From an archaeon (lineage in GTDB: Archaea > Nanobdellota > Nanobdellia > Woesearchaeales > GW2011-AR15): a DNA stretch of 64,000 nucleotides. Location of the stretch: positions 21,695 through 85,694 of the forward strand of contig JABHHN010000080.1 of the NCBI GenBank assembly GCA_018671515.1, given 5' to 3'. The translations under genes and the position numbers were made by a program. Below the pieces are notes generated by a model. The model was given only the letters and a program-made list of their open reading frames with translations, made no database searches and was not told the origin of the DNA. This document shows, piece by piece, positions 29,625 to 40,203 of the stretch (positions within the stretch are counted from its first letter, which is position 1; each line of letters starts with the position of its first letter).

Positions 29625-30965
29625 ATGGAAGAAATTGTTAAAAAAGCTATGTCTCTTGGATGTAGTTTTGCAGAAGCAAAAACAATTGATTCAAAAAAAA
29701 ATACTATCTCTACATCAAATAATAAAATAAATGAAATTTCATCAGGAACTAATAAGATTTTTTCTATAAGAGTCTTATATGATGGACGATGGGGGAATGC
29801 TTTTTCAAAAGAACCAAATTCAAAATTAATTTATAATGCAATTAAAAATGCAAAATTTACAGATAAAAAAGTAGAAATTGATATATTGAAACCTATTAAA
29901 AAAAAAGTTAAAACAAAAACAAAAATTTCTCTTAAAGATATTTCTCTTGATGAAAAAAAAGATATGTTATCAAAAATTGAAAAAAATAAGCCAGAAATAA
30001 ACAATCTTTCATTAAAATATATTGATAGTATTACAAAATCAGAATATGTAAATTCTGAAGGATCTAATCTTAACTGGGATGATTCACTAATATTAATGGT
30101 TGCTTCTTCATATGCTAAAAAAAACGATAGATTTGAATCATTCTATGATGTTATTGCAAAACATGGTGGATTTGAAGAATCAATTGCTTTTGAAAAAAAG
30201 GCAGATAATGTCATGAAAAAATCAATTGAACTTCTTGATGCAAAGGCAATAAAAGGAGGATTTTTTCCAACTTTAATTGATCCTCATCTTGCAGGTGTTT
30301 TTGCTCACGAATGTATAGGACATGCATGTGAAGCAGATCTTGTTTTAAATGGAACATCAATACTAAAAGATAAGATGAATAAAAAAATTGGACCAGATTA
30401 TCTGAATATTTATGACAATGGTGAATTATCTCATAAATGGGGTTGGTTGCCATATGATTCTGAAGGTGTTCCTGGAAAAAATACTACTTTAATAAAAAAT
30501 GGAAAACTAAATTCATATATGCATACAAGAGAGTCTGCTAAAGAATTCAATGTCGAACCAACTGGAAATGGAAGAGCACAAAACCTAGATAATAAAATAA
30601 TCCCTAGAATGTCTAATACTTATATTGGAAAAGGAGAAAATTCTAAAGAAGAAATACTTGAATCAATAAAAAAAGGATATTATTTAATTGGAAGTATGGG
30701 TGGACAAGTTGATCCTGCTTCAGGAGAATTCTTATTTAATGCAATGGAGGCATTTAGTATAGAAAAAGGAGAAATAAAAGAAAGAGTCATGGGTGCATCC
30801 TTATCTGGAAATGTTATGCAATCCCTTAATAGTATAAGTATGATTGGAAAAGATATTGAAGTATCTGGAACAGGATTTTGTGGAAAAAGTGGACAATATG
30901 TTCCTGTTGGAGATGGTGGACCACATTTCAAATTTGAAAAAATAAAAATTGGTGGTAAAAATTAG
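29625..30965 (+). CDS. tldD: TldD metalloprotease
   Basis: HECIGH, PRMSNT, CGKSGQYVPV. Confidence 0.92.
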   Translation: MEEIVKKAMSLGCSFAEAKTIDSKKNTISTSNNKINEISSGTNKIFSIRVLYDGRWGNAFSKEPNSKLIYNAIKNAKFTDKKVEIDILKPIKKKVKTKTKISLKDISLDEKKDMLSKIEKNKPEINNLSLKYIDSITKSEYVNSEGSNLNWDDSLILMVASSYAKKNDRFESFYDVIAKHGGFEESIAFEKKADNVMKKSIELLDAKAIKGGFFPTLIDPHLAGVFAHECIGHACEADLVLNGTSILKDKMNKKIGPDYLNIYDNGELSHKWGWLPYDSEGVPGKNTTLIKNGKLNSYMHTRESAKEFNVEPTGNGRAQNLDNKIIPRMSNTYIGKGENSKEEILESIKKGYYLIGSMGGQVDPASGEFLFNAMEAFSIEKGEIKERVMGASLSGNVMQSLNSISMIGKDIEVSGTGFCGKSGQYVPVGDGGPHFKFEKIKIGGKN

Positions 30966-32280
30966 TGATTTTCAAAATTATTTAAAATCTAAAAAGATAG
31001 ATTCTTGGGAAGTATATCTTGATGAAAGCAAAAGTACATCAATTGAAATAAACAAATCTGATGTGGAATATATCTTAAGTGGAGAAAAGACAGGTTTTGG
31101 TGTGCGTGTTGCAAAAAACAAAAAATTAGGTTTTTCATATACAAATGACATTAAAAAATTTAAAGAGTGTATAGATACTGCAATAACTATATCAAAATTA
31201 AATAATAAAGATGATGATTTTGAATCTTTTGCTAAAACAAAAAAAGAATATCCTAAAGTTAAAACATATGATAAAGACCTAGAACATTTTGATGTTAAGG
31301 ATTTTCATGAATATATGAATGAATTTAGAAATATAATAGAAAAACAAGATAAAAATATAGTGACAGGAAATGGAGTTTATAGAAAAAACATAACAAACAA
31401 AAACATAATAAATTCAGAAGGTATTGATATAAAAGAAAAAAGTAGTAGTAATTCTGTTTTTTTTGATGGATTAAGATTAGAAAATGGTAATGAAAATATC
31501 AATTTAGAACTTGGAGATGCAGATATTGGAATACTTAACCCAAATGTTGCAAATGAATTTGGAAAAAGACTTGTATCTATGAAAAATAAAAAAGATATTG
31601 CAACTAAAAAAACATCAATATTATTTCATCCTGAATGTTTTGGCGCAATTATGGATGAATTTATTAATAATTCATTTAGTGCTGAAAATATACAAAAAAA
31701 TAAATCAATTCTATGTGAAAAAGAAAACAAAAAAATGTTTGATGAAAAATTATCAATCTCTGATGATGCTACTATTAATGGATTATATGATAGTAGAGTA
31801 GCTGATGATGAAGGTATCCCTTCACAAAAAACAACTTTAATAGAAAAAGGAATTGTCCAAAATTTCATATATGATTCTTATACTTCTAATAAGGAAAAAA
31901 AAGAATCAACAGGAAATGCTTCAAGAACATATTTTTCAAAACCATCAATTTGTACTTCAAATATTTTAATAGAAGAAGGAAGAAGAAAAAATCTAATTTC
32001 TGAAATTGATGAAGGTATTTATCTAAAAGGATTAATGGGTATTCACACAATGAATCACTCTACTGGAGATTTTTCACTTAGTGTATATGAAGGACATAAT
32101 ATAAAAAAAGGTGAAATTATATCTCCATTAAAAGATACAATGATTTCAGGAAACATAATTAATATTCTAAACAACATCATAGGAATAGGTAAAGGTAAAG
32201 GTAAATATTTATGGGGCGAAGGTTCTGTTTATACTCCTGAAATACTTGTTTCAAATGTTCAGGTGATAGGATCAAAATGA
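30949..32280 (+). CDS. pmbA: TldE/PmbA partner subunit
   Basis: DDEG, STGNA, TGDFS; lacks HExxH; start uncertain. Confidence 0.88.
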   Translation: MVVKISDFQNYLKSKKIDSWEVYLDESKSTSIEINKSDVEYILSGEKTGFGVRVAKNKKLGFSYTNDIKKFKECIDTAITISKLNNKDDDFESFAKTKKEYPKVKTYDKDLEHFDVKDFHEYMNEFRNIIEKQDKNIVTGNGVYRKNITNKNIINSEGIDIKEKSSSNSVFFDGLRLENGNENINLELGDADIGILNPNVANEFGKRLVSMKNKKDIATKKTSILFHPECFGAIMDEFINNSFSAENIQKNKSILCEKENKKMFDEKLSISDDATINGLYDSRVADDEGIPSQKTTLIEKGIVQNFIYDSYTSNKEKKESTGNASRTYFSKPSICTSNILIEEGRRKNLISEIDEGIYLKGLMGIHTMNHSTGDFSLSVYEGHNIKKGEIISPLKDTMISGNIINILNNIIGIGKGKGKYLWGEGSVYTPEILVSNVQVIGSK

Positions 32281-33749
32281 AATTAAAAATTCCTCGTGCA
32301 ATGTCTACACAACATCCTGATAATGTAAAACAGCCATTTTTTGTAAATAATTCGGTTATATCTGGTGATGATGAAATAAAAGAAGCATTCTATGCTTTTT
32401 CACATCTTAAAATTAATGAACAATTATGGGATTGTGAAGGAAAAGAAGTTGATAATTATGTTGTCGAAAAATTACTTACTAGATATGAAGATTATTTTCT
32501 AAAAAATAAATTAGGAGAAGATATTTTCATTACTTTAAGATCTCCAAATCCACGTGTTGAAAAAAATCAAGGTAAAATCCTTCTTGAAACTTTAGAATCA
32601 ATTCCTAGAAATTTTGATGTTGCAGAAAAATTTTATGGAACAGGTATTGCACCAATATTTGAAGTTGCAATCCCAATGACTTCATCATCTGAGGAAATAT
32701 TTAGAGTAAAAGATTATTATAATAAACAAACAATTGGTAAAGAAAATAATGTTATAGATGATATATCAATTAAAAACTGGGTTGGTGAATTTAAACCAAA
32801 AGACATTAATGTAATTCCTTTAATTGAAGATAAGACAAGTATGCTTCGAGCAGATAAAATAATTGAAGAATATATCGAAAAAGCTAAAATTCAAGAACAT
32901 CAAAGAGTATGGCTTGCAAGAAGCGATCCTGCACTTAATTATGGAAATCTATCTGCAATTTTAATAAATAAAATTTCATTACAAAAAATTCATCATCTAG
33001 AAGAAAAATCTTCAGTTGATTTGTATCCAATTATTGGATGTGGTTCGGCACCTTTTAGAGGTAATTTTAGACCAACTAAAATGGATAATATTTTAAAATC
33101 ATACCCTAGCGTCCAAACTTTCACTATGCAATCTGCTTTCAAATATGATTATTCTGAAGAACAAGTAAGAGAATCTGTTAATTTATTAGAAAATACAAAA
33201 GTAAAAAATCCAATGCAGATTGATGAAAATTTAGGATTAAAAGTAATTGAAAAAGTTTCTTCAAAATATCAAGAACAAATATATCATATTGCACCTTTAG
33301 TAAATAAAATTTCTAACTATATACCTCAAAGAAGAAAAAGAAAACTTCATATTGGTCTTTTAGGGTATTCCAGAAAAAGTGGAACAATTAAACTTCCAAG
33401 AGCAATAAAATTCTGTGCTTCATTATATTCTTTAGGGCTTCCCCCTGAAATACTCGGTCTTTCATCTCTTAACGATAAGGATTTTGATTTTATTGATGAA
33501 TCAACTGCTTCATTTAATGAAGATACAATGGATGCTTTAAAATTTTTAAATATTGATAATCTTGATTTGTTTCCTTTAAAATTACAAGATGAAGTAAAAG
33601 AAACATTAAAAAGATTTGATGGTTATGAAATAAATAAAAAACATAAAAAAATCACAGACATAATTGCAAATAATTTTAAAAAAAATAATCTTCTTAGTGT
33701 TTCTGAAGATATAGAACGTGCTGCATCAATAAGGAATTTTTTAGGATGA
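32277..33749 (+). CDS. ppcA: Archaeal-type phosphoenolpyruvate carboxylase
   Basis: IPRAMSTQHPDN, WDCEGK, ARSDPALNYG, GSAPFRG, LPRAI. Confidence 0.95.
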   Translation: MKLKIPRAMSTQHPDNVKQPFFVNNSVISGDDEIKEAFYAFSHLKINEQLWDCEGKEVDNYVVEKLLTRYEDYFLKNKLGEDIFITLRSPNPRVEKNQGKILLETLESIPRNFDVAEKFYGTGIAPIFEVAIPMTSSSEEIFRVKDYYNKQTIGKENNVIDDISIKNWVGEFKPKDINVIPLIEDKTSMLRADKIIEEYIEKAKIQEHQRVWLARSDPALNYGNLSAILINKISLQKIHHLEEKSSVDLYPIIGCGSAPFRGNFRPTKMDNILKSYPSVQTFTMQSAFKYDYSEEQVRESVNLLENTKVKNPMQIDENLGLKVIEKVSSKYQEQIYHIAPLVNKISNYIPQRRKRKLHIGLLGYSRKSGTIKLPRAIKFCASLYSLGLPPEILGLSSLNDKDFDFIDESTASFNEDTMDALKFLNIDNLDLFPLKLQDEVKETLKRFDGYEINKKHKKITDIIANNFKKNNLLSVSEDIERAASIRNFLG

Positions 33750-34810
33750 ATATAAAAAAATTACAAAAAAAATTAAGAGAAAATAATATTGATTTTGCTA
33801 TATTTTATAATCCTGATGAATCAGCTAATTCAAATGTAGTTTACTTCTCTAATTATCATGGTGAAGGATTTCTTGTTGTTCCAAAAAACAAAGAACCTTT
33901 CCTTATATCAAACAGACGTGATTATGAACTTGCATTAAACACAGGAATTAAGACAATAAATAGAAGTAAAGAAAAAACTATTAAAAATATAATAAATGAA
34001 GAAGTATCAGATTATCATATTGTTGGTATAGATAAACCAAATCTTTCTGTTTATTTATTTGAAAAAATCAAAAAAAAAATCAAAGGTAAGTATAAAGATA
34101 TTTCAACCATTTGTAAAGAAATTAGAAAATATAAAACAGATAAAGAAATAAAAGAAATAAAAAAAGCCTGTCAAATAACTGATAAAATTTTTGAAAAAAT
34201 TATTTCTAATTTTTCATTTAAAACTGAAAATGATATAAAATTATTTATTGAATTTGAAATTAAAAAATTAGGATGTGAACTTGCATTCCCTCCAATTGCT
34301 GCTAATGAAAAAAATGCAGCAATTCCGCATTATACTGGAAATTCAAAAATAAAATCTGGTTTTTTACTTCTAGATTTTGGAGCAAAATATAATGGATATT
34401 GCTCTGATATGACAAGAATGTTATATATTGATAAACCAAAAATTGAAGAAATCTCTAAATATGAAAAATTAAGAAAAATACAACAAAAAACTATTGAAAA
34501 TTGTTCTATAAGGGATAGTTTTTCAAATATTTCCAAAAAATGCAGAAAACTTCTAGGTGAAGATGATGAATTCTTCATACATACCTTAGGACATTCTCTT
34601 GGTATGGACATACATGAATATCCTACAGTTCATACTGGTGCAAAAGAAAAAATTGAAAATAATATTATTTTTACAATTGAACCAGGTGTATATTATAAAA
34701 ATAAATATGGAATCAGAATTGAAGACACAGTTGTATTTATTGATGATAAATTAGAAATTCTTACAAAGTCAAAGAAAGATTTAGTAATAATCAAAAAAAG
34801 AAAAAATTAA
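33746..34810 (+). CDS. Xaa-Pro peptidase (M24)
   Basis: LDFG...YCSDMTR, HTLGHSLG..IHE, TIEPG, RIED. Confidence 0.92.
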   Translation: MNIKKLQKKLRENNIDFAIFYNPDESANSNVVYFSNYHGEGFLVVPKNKEPFLISNRRDYELALNTGIKTINRSKEKTIKNIINEEVSDYHIVGIDKPNLSVYLFEKIKKKIKGKYKDISTICKEIRKYKTDKEIKEIKKACQITDKIFEKIISNFSFKTENDIKLFIEFEIKKLGCELAFPPIAANEKNAAIPHYTGNSKIKSGFLLLDFGAKYNGYCSDMTRMLYIDKPKIEEISKYEKLRKIQQKTIENCSIRDSFSNISKKCRKLLGEDDEFFIHTLGHSLGMDIHEYPTVHTGAKEKIENNIIFTIEPGVYYKNKYGIRIEDTVVFIDDKLEILTKSKKDLVIIKKRKN

Positions 34811-34980
34811 ATCTTAATGTTGGTGGAGATTTATTTCTTAATCTATTTACTCCAAAACCAACTAATGTTTTATGATCCATTTAAACCACCTCAAAAATTA
34901 TTTAGGAGAATATAGATTTAATTACTAGGTTTAATCATTCAATCCAAAAGTATTTATATCATTTTAATTTATAGTCTTAA

Positions 34981-36723
34981 ATGAGATATAATCAAAATTC
35001 ATGGGTTTCTGAAGTAAATTATTATAAAAGAAAATTAAAAAAATTAAATCCTAAAAATATATTCATATATGGAAAAATTTCAAAGAAAGCTTTTTTTTCT
35101 CTTGCTCCATTATCATGTGCAACAAATGAGTTAGGTATTGAAATGTGTGTCAAGTTAGATTCAAGTTCTAACCAAGAATATCTATTTGATTTTTGGGATG
35201 TTTTTGACAAATATAAAAAAAAGGTCAAAAATAAAAAAACTGTAGCATTATCAAATTTTATTGATCAATTAGATAAGAAATCAAATAAAATAAAAAAATA
35301 TTTTAAAAGACCAGATTTAATATTAAAAATAAAAAAAGAAAGTTTTGGAAACATATTAGAATATAAAACCTCTTGGATAAAATATTTCATGTGGAATAAA
35401 TTAAAAAAAACTGCAGATTCTATAATAAAAAATGTATATAATCTAAAAAAAAAAGATAACTTTGGTATTGGATTTGAATTTGTATTAAAGAAAAAAAACC
35501 TTGATGTTCCACTTCAAGATTATCTTGATTCTTATTTCATATGTTATTCAAAATATTTATCTGCTATAAAAATTACTAATAAGATTTCCATGTCTGCATC
35601 TACAAGAAAAATGTCAAGTCTTGATATGCCAAATCTGACTACTGAACTAATAACAACATTAATTGGGCTTGAACTAAGTAAAAATATAGATGAACCAATT
35701 TTCAAAAAATATAATATTTTATCAAAAGAATTGAATCTTAATAGAATCAAAATAAATTCTGCAACTTTTGCAATATCTGGAAAAGGATATCCTGGAAAAC
35801 ATTTATTTGGTCAAATGATTGGATACCCTACACCAAATAAAAAAACAAGATGGTCTTCTCCAAGTGGAATAATATACAAGTTCTCTTGGTATCCTCAATC
35901 TCATGAAGAGAGTAGAGATCCAATGAATAGAATCTCTTTTACACAAACTGTACCAATTGATATTTATATAAAAAGTACATTAATAGATTATAATTTGATG
36001 AGAAAAAGAAACAAAAAAATTTCAAACCTTCTAGAAAAATGTGATACTGTTTTTGTAAAAAGTAATATAAAAAATGGTTGTAATTTTGAAGTCGGACTCA
36101 TTAAAAAAGATGGAACTAGAAGAATGATAAAGGGCAGTGATTCTGATACAAGAAAAATAATAAATCCAAATCATAAAGATAAAAACTTTGGAATGATGGC
36201 AAATATCCCAGGAGGAGAAGCTTTCACAACACCTGAATATATAAAAGGAAAAATAGTAGGAGATGTAGTAATTGAAATAGATAGATCTTATCCTTTGTCT
36301 TCAAAAAAACCATTTATTGTAGAATGTAATATGAAAGGATATAAAGTAATTAGTGGTCCTAAAAAAGTAATTGATGCATTTAATAGAAAAAAAAAAGAAG
36401 CTTGGATTAGAATAAAAAATCAAGAAAAAAGTAAAAGTATTCCATCCAAACTTATTAAATTAAAAAAAGATAATTTCAATAAAATAGGTGAATTTGCAAT
36501 TAATACAAATCCAAATGCAAAATTATGTGATTATCTTATTATAAATGAAAAAATTGCCAATATGATTCATGTAGCTTTTGGTTCAGGATTTGAGCCAGAT
36601 AAGGCAACAGAGTATCATATGGATGTTGTTATTGATTCACCAAGACAGAAGCTTGATATATTTGGTATTGATAAAAACAAAAAAGAAATCTGGATAATAA
36701 AGAAAGGAAAATTTGTGATTTGA
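34981..36723 (+). CDS. M29-like aminopeptidase with long N-terminal extension
   Basis: C-terminal NIPGGEAF, GEFAI..N, NEK, HVAFG, HMD. Confidence 0.7.
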   Translation: MRYNQNSWVSEVNYYKRKLKKLNPKNIFIYGKISKKAFFSLAPLSCATNELGIEMCVKLDSSSNQEYLFDFWDVFDKYKKKVKNKKTVALSNFIDQLDKKSNKIKKYFKRPDLILKIKKESFGNILEYKTSWIKYFMWNKLKKTADSIIKNVYNLKKKDNFGIGFEFVLKKKNLDVPLQDYLDSYFICYSKYLSAIKITNKISMSASTRKMSSLDMPNLTTELITTLIGLELSKNIDEPIFKKYNILSKELNLNRIKINSATFAISGKGYPGKHLFGQMIGYPTPNKKTRWSSPSGIIYKFSWYPQSHEESRDPMNRISFTQTVPIDIYIKSTLIDYNLMRKRNKKISNLLEKCDTVFVKSNIKNGCNFEVGLIKKDGTRRMIKGSDSDTRKIINPNHKDKNFGMMANIPGGEAFTTPEYIKGKIVGDVVIEIDRSYPLSSKKPFIVECNMKGYKVISGPKKVIDAFNRKKKEAWIRIKNQEKSKSIPSKLIKLKKDNFNKIGEFAINTNPNAKLCDYLIINEKIANMIHVAFGSGFEPDKATEYHMDVVIDSPRQKLDIFGIDKNKKEIWIIKKGKFVI

Positions 36724-36795
36724 TTTAGATATTTGAAACTTCTTATAAACTTATCCCACAATCTTTAAAAATAAAATTTCCTTCCAAAGAATTGA

Positions 36796-37935
36796 ATGAA
36801 TAGTGACAAAGAATTAGCCAGCATCATGTTTTCTTATACATCAAATATTAATGAATTAGAAGAAGAAAATAGATTGTTAAATGAAACTGTAACACGTCTT
36901 AGAAATGAACTAGAGAGATATAAGACTCCACCTCTAATGGTATGTGAAATAAAAGAAATACTAGAAAATAATGCAATAATCAGAGTTCCAAATGGAAATC
37001 TATTCTTTGTATGTGTTTCTGAAAGTTGTGAAAATTTATCAACGGGTGATTCAGTTCTTGTTGATCAAAAAAATCTTAATGTAATTAGAAAATTCATAAA
37101 AACAAAAAACTTCAATGTAGAACAATTTGTTATAATGCAAAATCCAAAAGAAAATTTTAATGATGTGGGTGGACTTGCAAAACAAATAAATGAAATTGAA
37201 GAAGTTGTAACATTGCCTATGCAAAAACCTGAATTATTTAAAAGAATAGGTATTGAACCACCAAAAGGTATATTACTTTATGGTCCTCCTGGAACTGGAA
37301 AAACACTTCTTGCAAAAGCTGTTGCAAATTCATCAAGTAGTACATTTATACAAGTAGTTGGTTCTGAACTGGTTCAAAAATTCATTGGTGAAGGTGCAAA
37401 ATTAGTAAAAGAGATTTTCCAGCTTGCTAGAGAAAAAGCTCCATCAATTGTTTTCATTGATGAACTTGATGCACTAGCTTCAAGAAGAGTTGAAATTGGA
37501 ACTTCTGGTGAAAGAGAAGTTCAAAGAACATTTATGCAGCTTTTGGCTGAGATAGATGGTTTTAAACCATTAGGAAATATAAAAATAATTGGATGTACAA
37601 ATAGAAAAGACATTCTCGATTCTGCAATTACAAGACCTGGAAGACTTGATAGAATGATACTTGTCCCACTTCCAGATAAAGATGGATTACAACAGATTTT
37701 TAAGATTCATACTAAAAATATGAAACTTGATTCAGATGTCGATACTGATAAGATAATTATTCAAATGGAAGGATTCTCTGGTGCTGAAACTAAAGCCGTG
37801 TGTACTGAAGCAGGATATTTTGCAATAAGACAGAATAGAGAGACTATAAAATTAGAAGATTTCTATAAAGCAGTAAATAAAGTTAAATTAGAAGAAGAAA
37901 CAGAAGGAAAAGATTTCATGAATATGTTCGGATAG
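36796..37935 (+). CDS. pan: Proteasome-activating nucleotidase
   Basis: Coiled coil, OB domain, [28 protein letters not shown]-terminal MFG. Confidence 0.95.
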   Translation: MNSDKELASIMFSYTSNINELEEENRLLNETVTRLRNELERYKTPPLMVCEIKEILENNAIIRVPNGNLFFVCVSESCENLSTGDSVLVDQKNLNVIRKFIKTKNFNVEQFVIMQNPKENFNDVGGLAKQINEIEEVVTLPMQKPELFKRIGIEPPKGILLYGPPGTGKTLLAKAVANSSSSTFIQVVGSELVQKFIGEGAKLVKEIFQLAREKAPSIVFIDELDALASRRVEIGTSGEREVQRTFMQLLAEIDGFKPLGNIKIIGCTNRKDILDSAITRPGRLDRMILVPLPDKDGLQQIFKIHTKNMKLDSDVDTDKIIIQMEGFSGAETKAVCTEAGYFAIRQNRETIKLEDFYKAVNKVKLEEETEGKDFMNMFG

Positions 37936-37970
37936 TTCTAAAAAAATCTTTGATAATATTTTAAAAAAAT

Positions 37971-38043
37971 TGCGCGCTCAGTAGTTACTCCTTTCTTCAT
38001 CGGCCTTTGGCCTTAGTTGGTGTTCACTTCTTCATTGCACGCA
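37971..38043 (-). ncRNA. Box C/D 2'-O-methylation guide sRNA
   Basis: Minus strand: stem UGCGUGC, C box AUGAAGA, 12-nt guide, D' CUAA, GGCC-AAA-GGCC, C' AUGAAGA, 12-nt guide, D box CUGA, stem GCGCGCA, then U7; TATA-like element upstream. Confidence 0.85.
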
Positions 38044-38130
38044 TATTTTAGGAAAAAGTGTTTATTTATAACTATGTCTTATATTTTAGCTCCAATATCT
38101 TTAAATAAGAATAAATAATGTTTACACTCT

Positions 38131-39096
38131 ATGGTAGATGCAGATTCTGTTCTTGATTTTGTTAAAAAAAGTGGCCCCGTTATTCCAAGATATGTTGTAA
38201 AAGAATTAGGAGCTGATACATTTATTGTTGGAGCTATTTTATCTACTCTTGTCAATGAAAATAAATTAAAATTAACAAATACTAAATTTGGTGGTACTCC
38301 TATGTACTATGCCCAATCACAAGAAGAAAAAATTCAAGTTCTCTATAAATTTCTACATGAAAAAGAAAAGAAAGCATTTGATATGTTAAAAGAAAAAAAA
38401 ATAATCAGAGATGGCGGTCTTTCTCCTGTTTTTAGAGTTGCTCTTAGAAATATAAAAGATTTCGCAAGACCATTAGAAGTTAATATAAAAGGTGAAAAAG
38501 AGTTATTCTGGAAATGGTATATGCTCCCTACAAATGAAGCTGGACCTATTATAAAAAAATTAATTTCCACTACAAGTATTAGCACAGGAAACAAAGAAGA
38601 AAATAAGGAAATTCCTGTTAAACCCATTCAAGAAGAAAAAATAAAAAAAGAACCTATAGAAGAAAAAAAAGAAATTCCAATTGAAAGAAAAGAACAAATA
38701 AAAGAAAGTGTTGAAATAGAAAAAGAAGAACCTAAAGAAGTCAAAGAAGAGCAAAAAACTATTAAAAAAATAGAAACCACTGAAGATGAATTCTTAATAA
38801 AAATCAGAAATGAATTTAATAATAATAAAATCGAAATAATTGAAGAAGAAATTATTAAAAAAAATTCAGAAATAGATATTATTATTTCATTTGATAGTCC
38901 AGTTGGGAAATTGAAATTTTTTTGTAAAGCAAGAAAAAAGAAAAAAATAAATGATAAAGATATAAGTTCGGCAATGATTACAGCTAATAATAAAAAACTC
39001 CCTCTACTTTTTGCAACTACTGGAGATCTGGCAAAAAAAACAATAAAGATGCTAGAAAATGAATTTAAAGGAACATATGTATATTATTTCAAATGA
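38131..39096 (+). CDS. Hypothetical protein: winged-helix-like N-terminus, charged linker, restriction-endonuclease-like C-terminus
   Basis: Composition and EIDII...FCKAR pattern; fold calls are inference. Confidence 0.5.
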   Translation: MVDADSVLDFVKKSGPVIPRYVVKELGADTFIVGAILSTLVNENKLKLTNTKFGGTPMYYAQSQEEKIQVLYKFLHEKEKKAFDMLKEKKIIRDGGLSPVFRVALRNIKDFARPLEVNIKGEKELFWKWYMLPTNEAGPIIKKLISTTSISTGNKEENKEIPVKPIQEEKIKKEPIEEKKEIPIERKEQIKESVEIEKEEPKEVKEEQKTIKKIETTEDEFLIKIRNEFNNNKIEIIEEEIIKKNSEIDIIISFDSPVGKLKFFCKARKKKKINDKDISSAMITANNKKLPLLFATTGDLAKKTIKMLENEFKGTYVYYFK

Positions 39097-39176
39097 TTTC
39101 TAATTATAATTATACAATAAAAAATTACTCAAAATAAAAAAATTATATATATGATGCTTTCTTTCAAAACAATGTA

Positions 39177-40202
39177 ATGGGAACAAAATTATCTAATCTT
39201 TTAATCACTAAAGAAATTACTATAAATTCATTGATGAATAAAAAATTAGCAGTAGACGCATATAATCAATTATACCAATATCTTAGTACTATCAGACAAA
39301 GTGATGGTTCCCCTCTTAAAAATTCTAAAGGCAAAATTACAAGTCACATTTCTGGCCTATTTTTCAGGACAGTAAATCTTATGGAAAAAGGTATAAAATT
39401 AGCATTCATATATGATGGTGTTGCACCTGATCTAAAAAAAAAAGAAAAAGATAGAAGAAGAGCAATAAAAGAAGAAGCAGTTAAATTATATGAAAAGGCA
39501 ACTAAAGATCAAGATATTGAATCAATGAATAAATATGCTAAAAGAACTTCAAGACTTACTAGTGAAATGATTGAAGAATCAAAAGAACTACTTTCTGCTT
39601 TAGGAATACCACATTTTACTGCGCCAAGCGAAGGTGAAGCACAAGCTGCTTATATGGTAAAAAAAGGAGAATTCTATGGTATTATTTCACAAGATACAGA
39701 TTCTTTATTATTTGGTGCAACAAGAGTTATAAAAAATTTAACAATATCAAAAAAGAAAAGATTTCCTGGTTCTCCTGCATATAAAAAAAATGAACCTGAA
39801 ATAATTAATTTAAAAGATAATCTAAACAATCTTGGTATTGATATTGAACAACTTATTGCGTTAAGTATGCTTGTTGGTACTGATTTTAATATTGGTGGAA
39901 TAAAAGGAATTGGACCAAAAAAAGGCATTACATTAATTAAAGAATATAAAAACAATTTTGAAGAATTATTCAAAGAAGTCAAATGGAATGAATATTTTGA
40001 TTATCCTTGGACTGATGTATATTATACTATAAAAAATATGCCTGTTCAAGAGGAATATTCATTAAAATGGAATCCTCCAAATATAAATAAAGTCAAAGAA
40101 ATTCTTGTAGATAAATTTGAGTTTTCAGAAAATAGAATAGAAAGTACAATAAAAAAAATAAATATAAGTCAATCTCAAAAAGGACTAGGTGATTTTTTTT
40201 AA
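39177..40202 (+). CDS. fen: Flap endonuclease 1
   Basis: AVDAYN.LYQ, EGEAQ, SQDTD, GTDFN, GIGPK, PIP box QKGLGDFF. Confidence 0.97.
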   Translation: MGTKLSNLLITKEITINSLMNKKLAVDAYNQLYQYLSTIRQSDGSPLKNSKGKITSHISGLFFRTVNLMEKGIKLAFIYDGVAPDLKKKEKDRRRAIKEEAVKLYEKATKDQDIESMNKYAKRTSRLTSEMIEESKELLSALGIPHFTAPSEGEAQAAYMVKKGEFYGIISQDTDSLLFGATRVIKNLTISKKKRFPGSPAYKKNEPEIINLKDNLNNLGIDIEQLIALSMLVGTDFNIGGIKGIGPKKGITLIKEYKNNFEELFKEVKWNEYFDYPWTDVYYTIKNMPVQEEYSLKWNPPNINKVKEILVDKFEFSENRIESTIKKINISQSQKGLGDFF

Positions 40203-40203
40203 A

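Noticed and set aside
37982..37991. Plus-strand TAGTTACTCC complementary to an LSU rRNA GGAGTAACTA motif, suggesting a plus-strand guide
   Set aside because: C/D boxes, promoter and U-tail are all on the minus strand; treated as coincidence.
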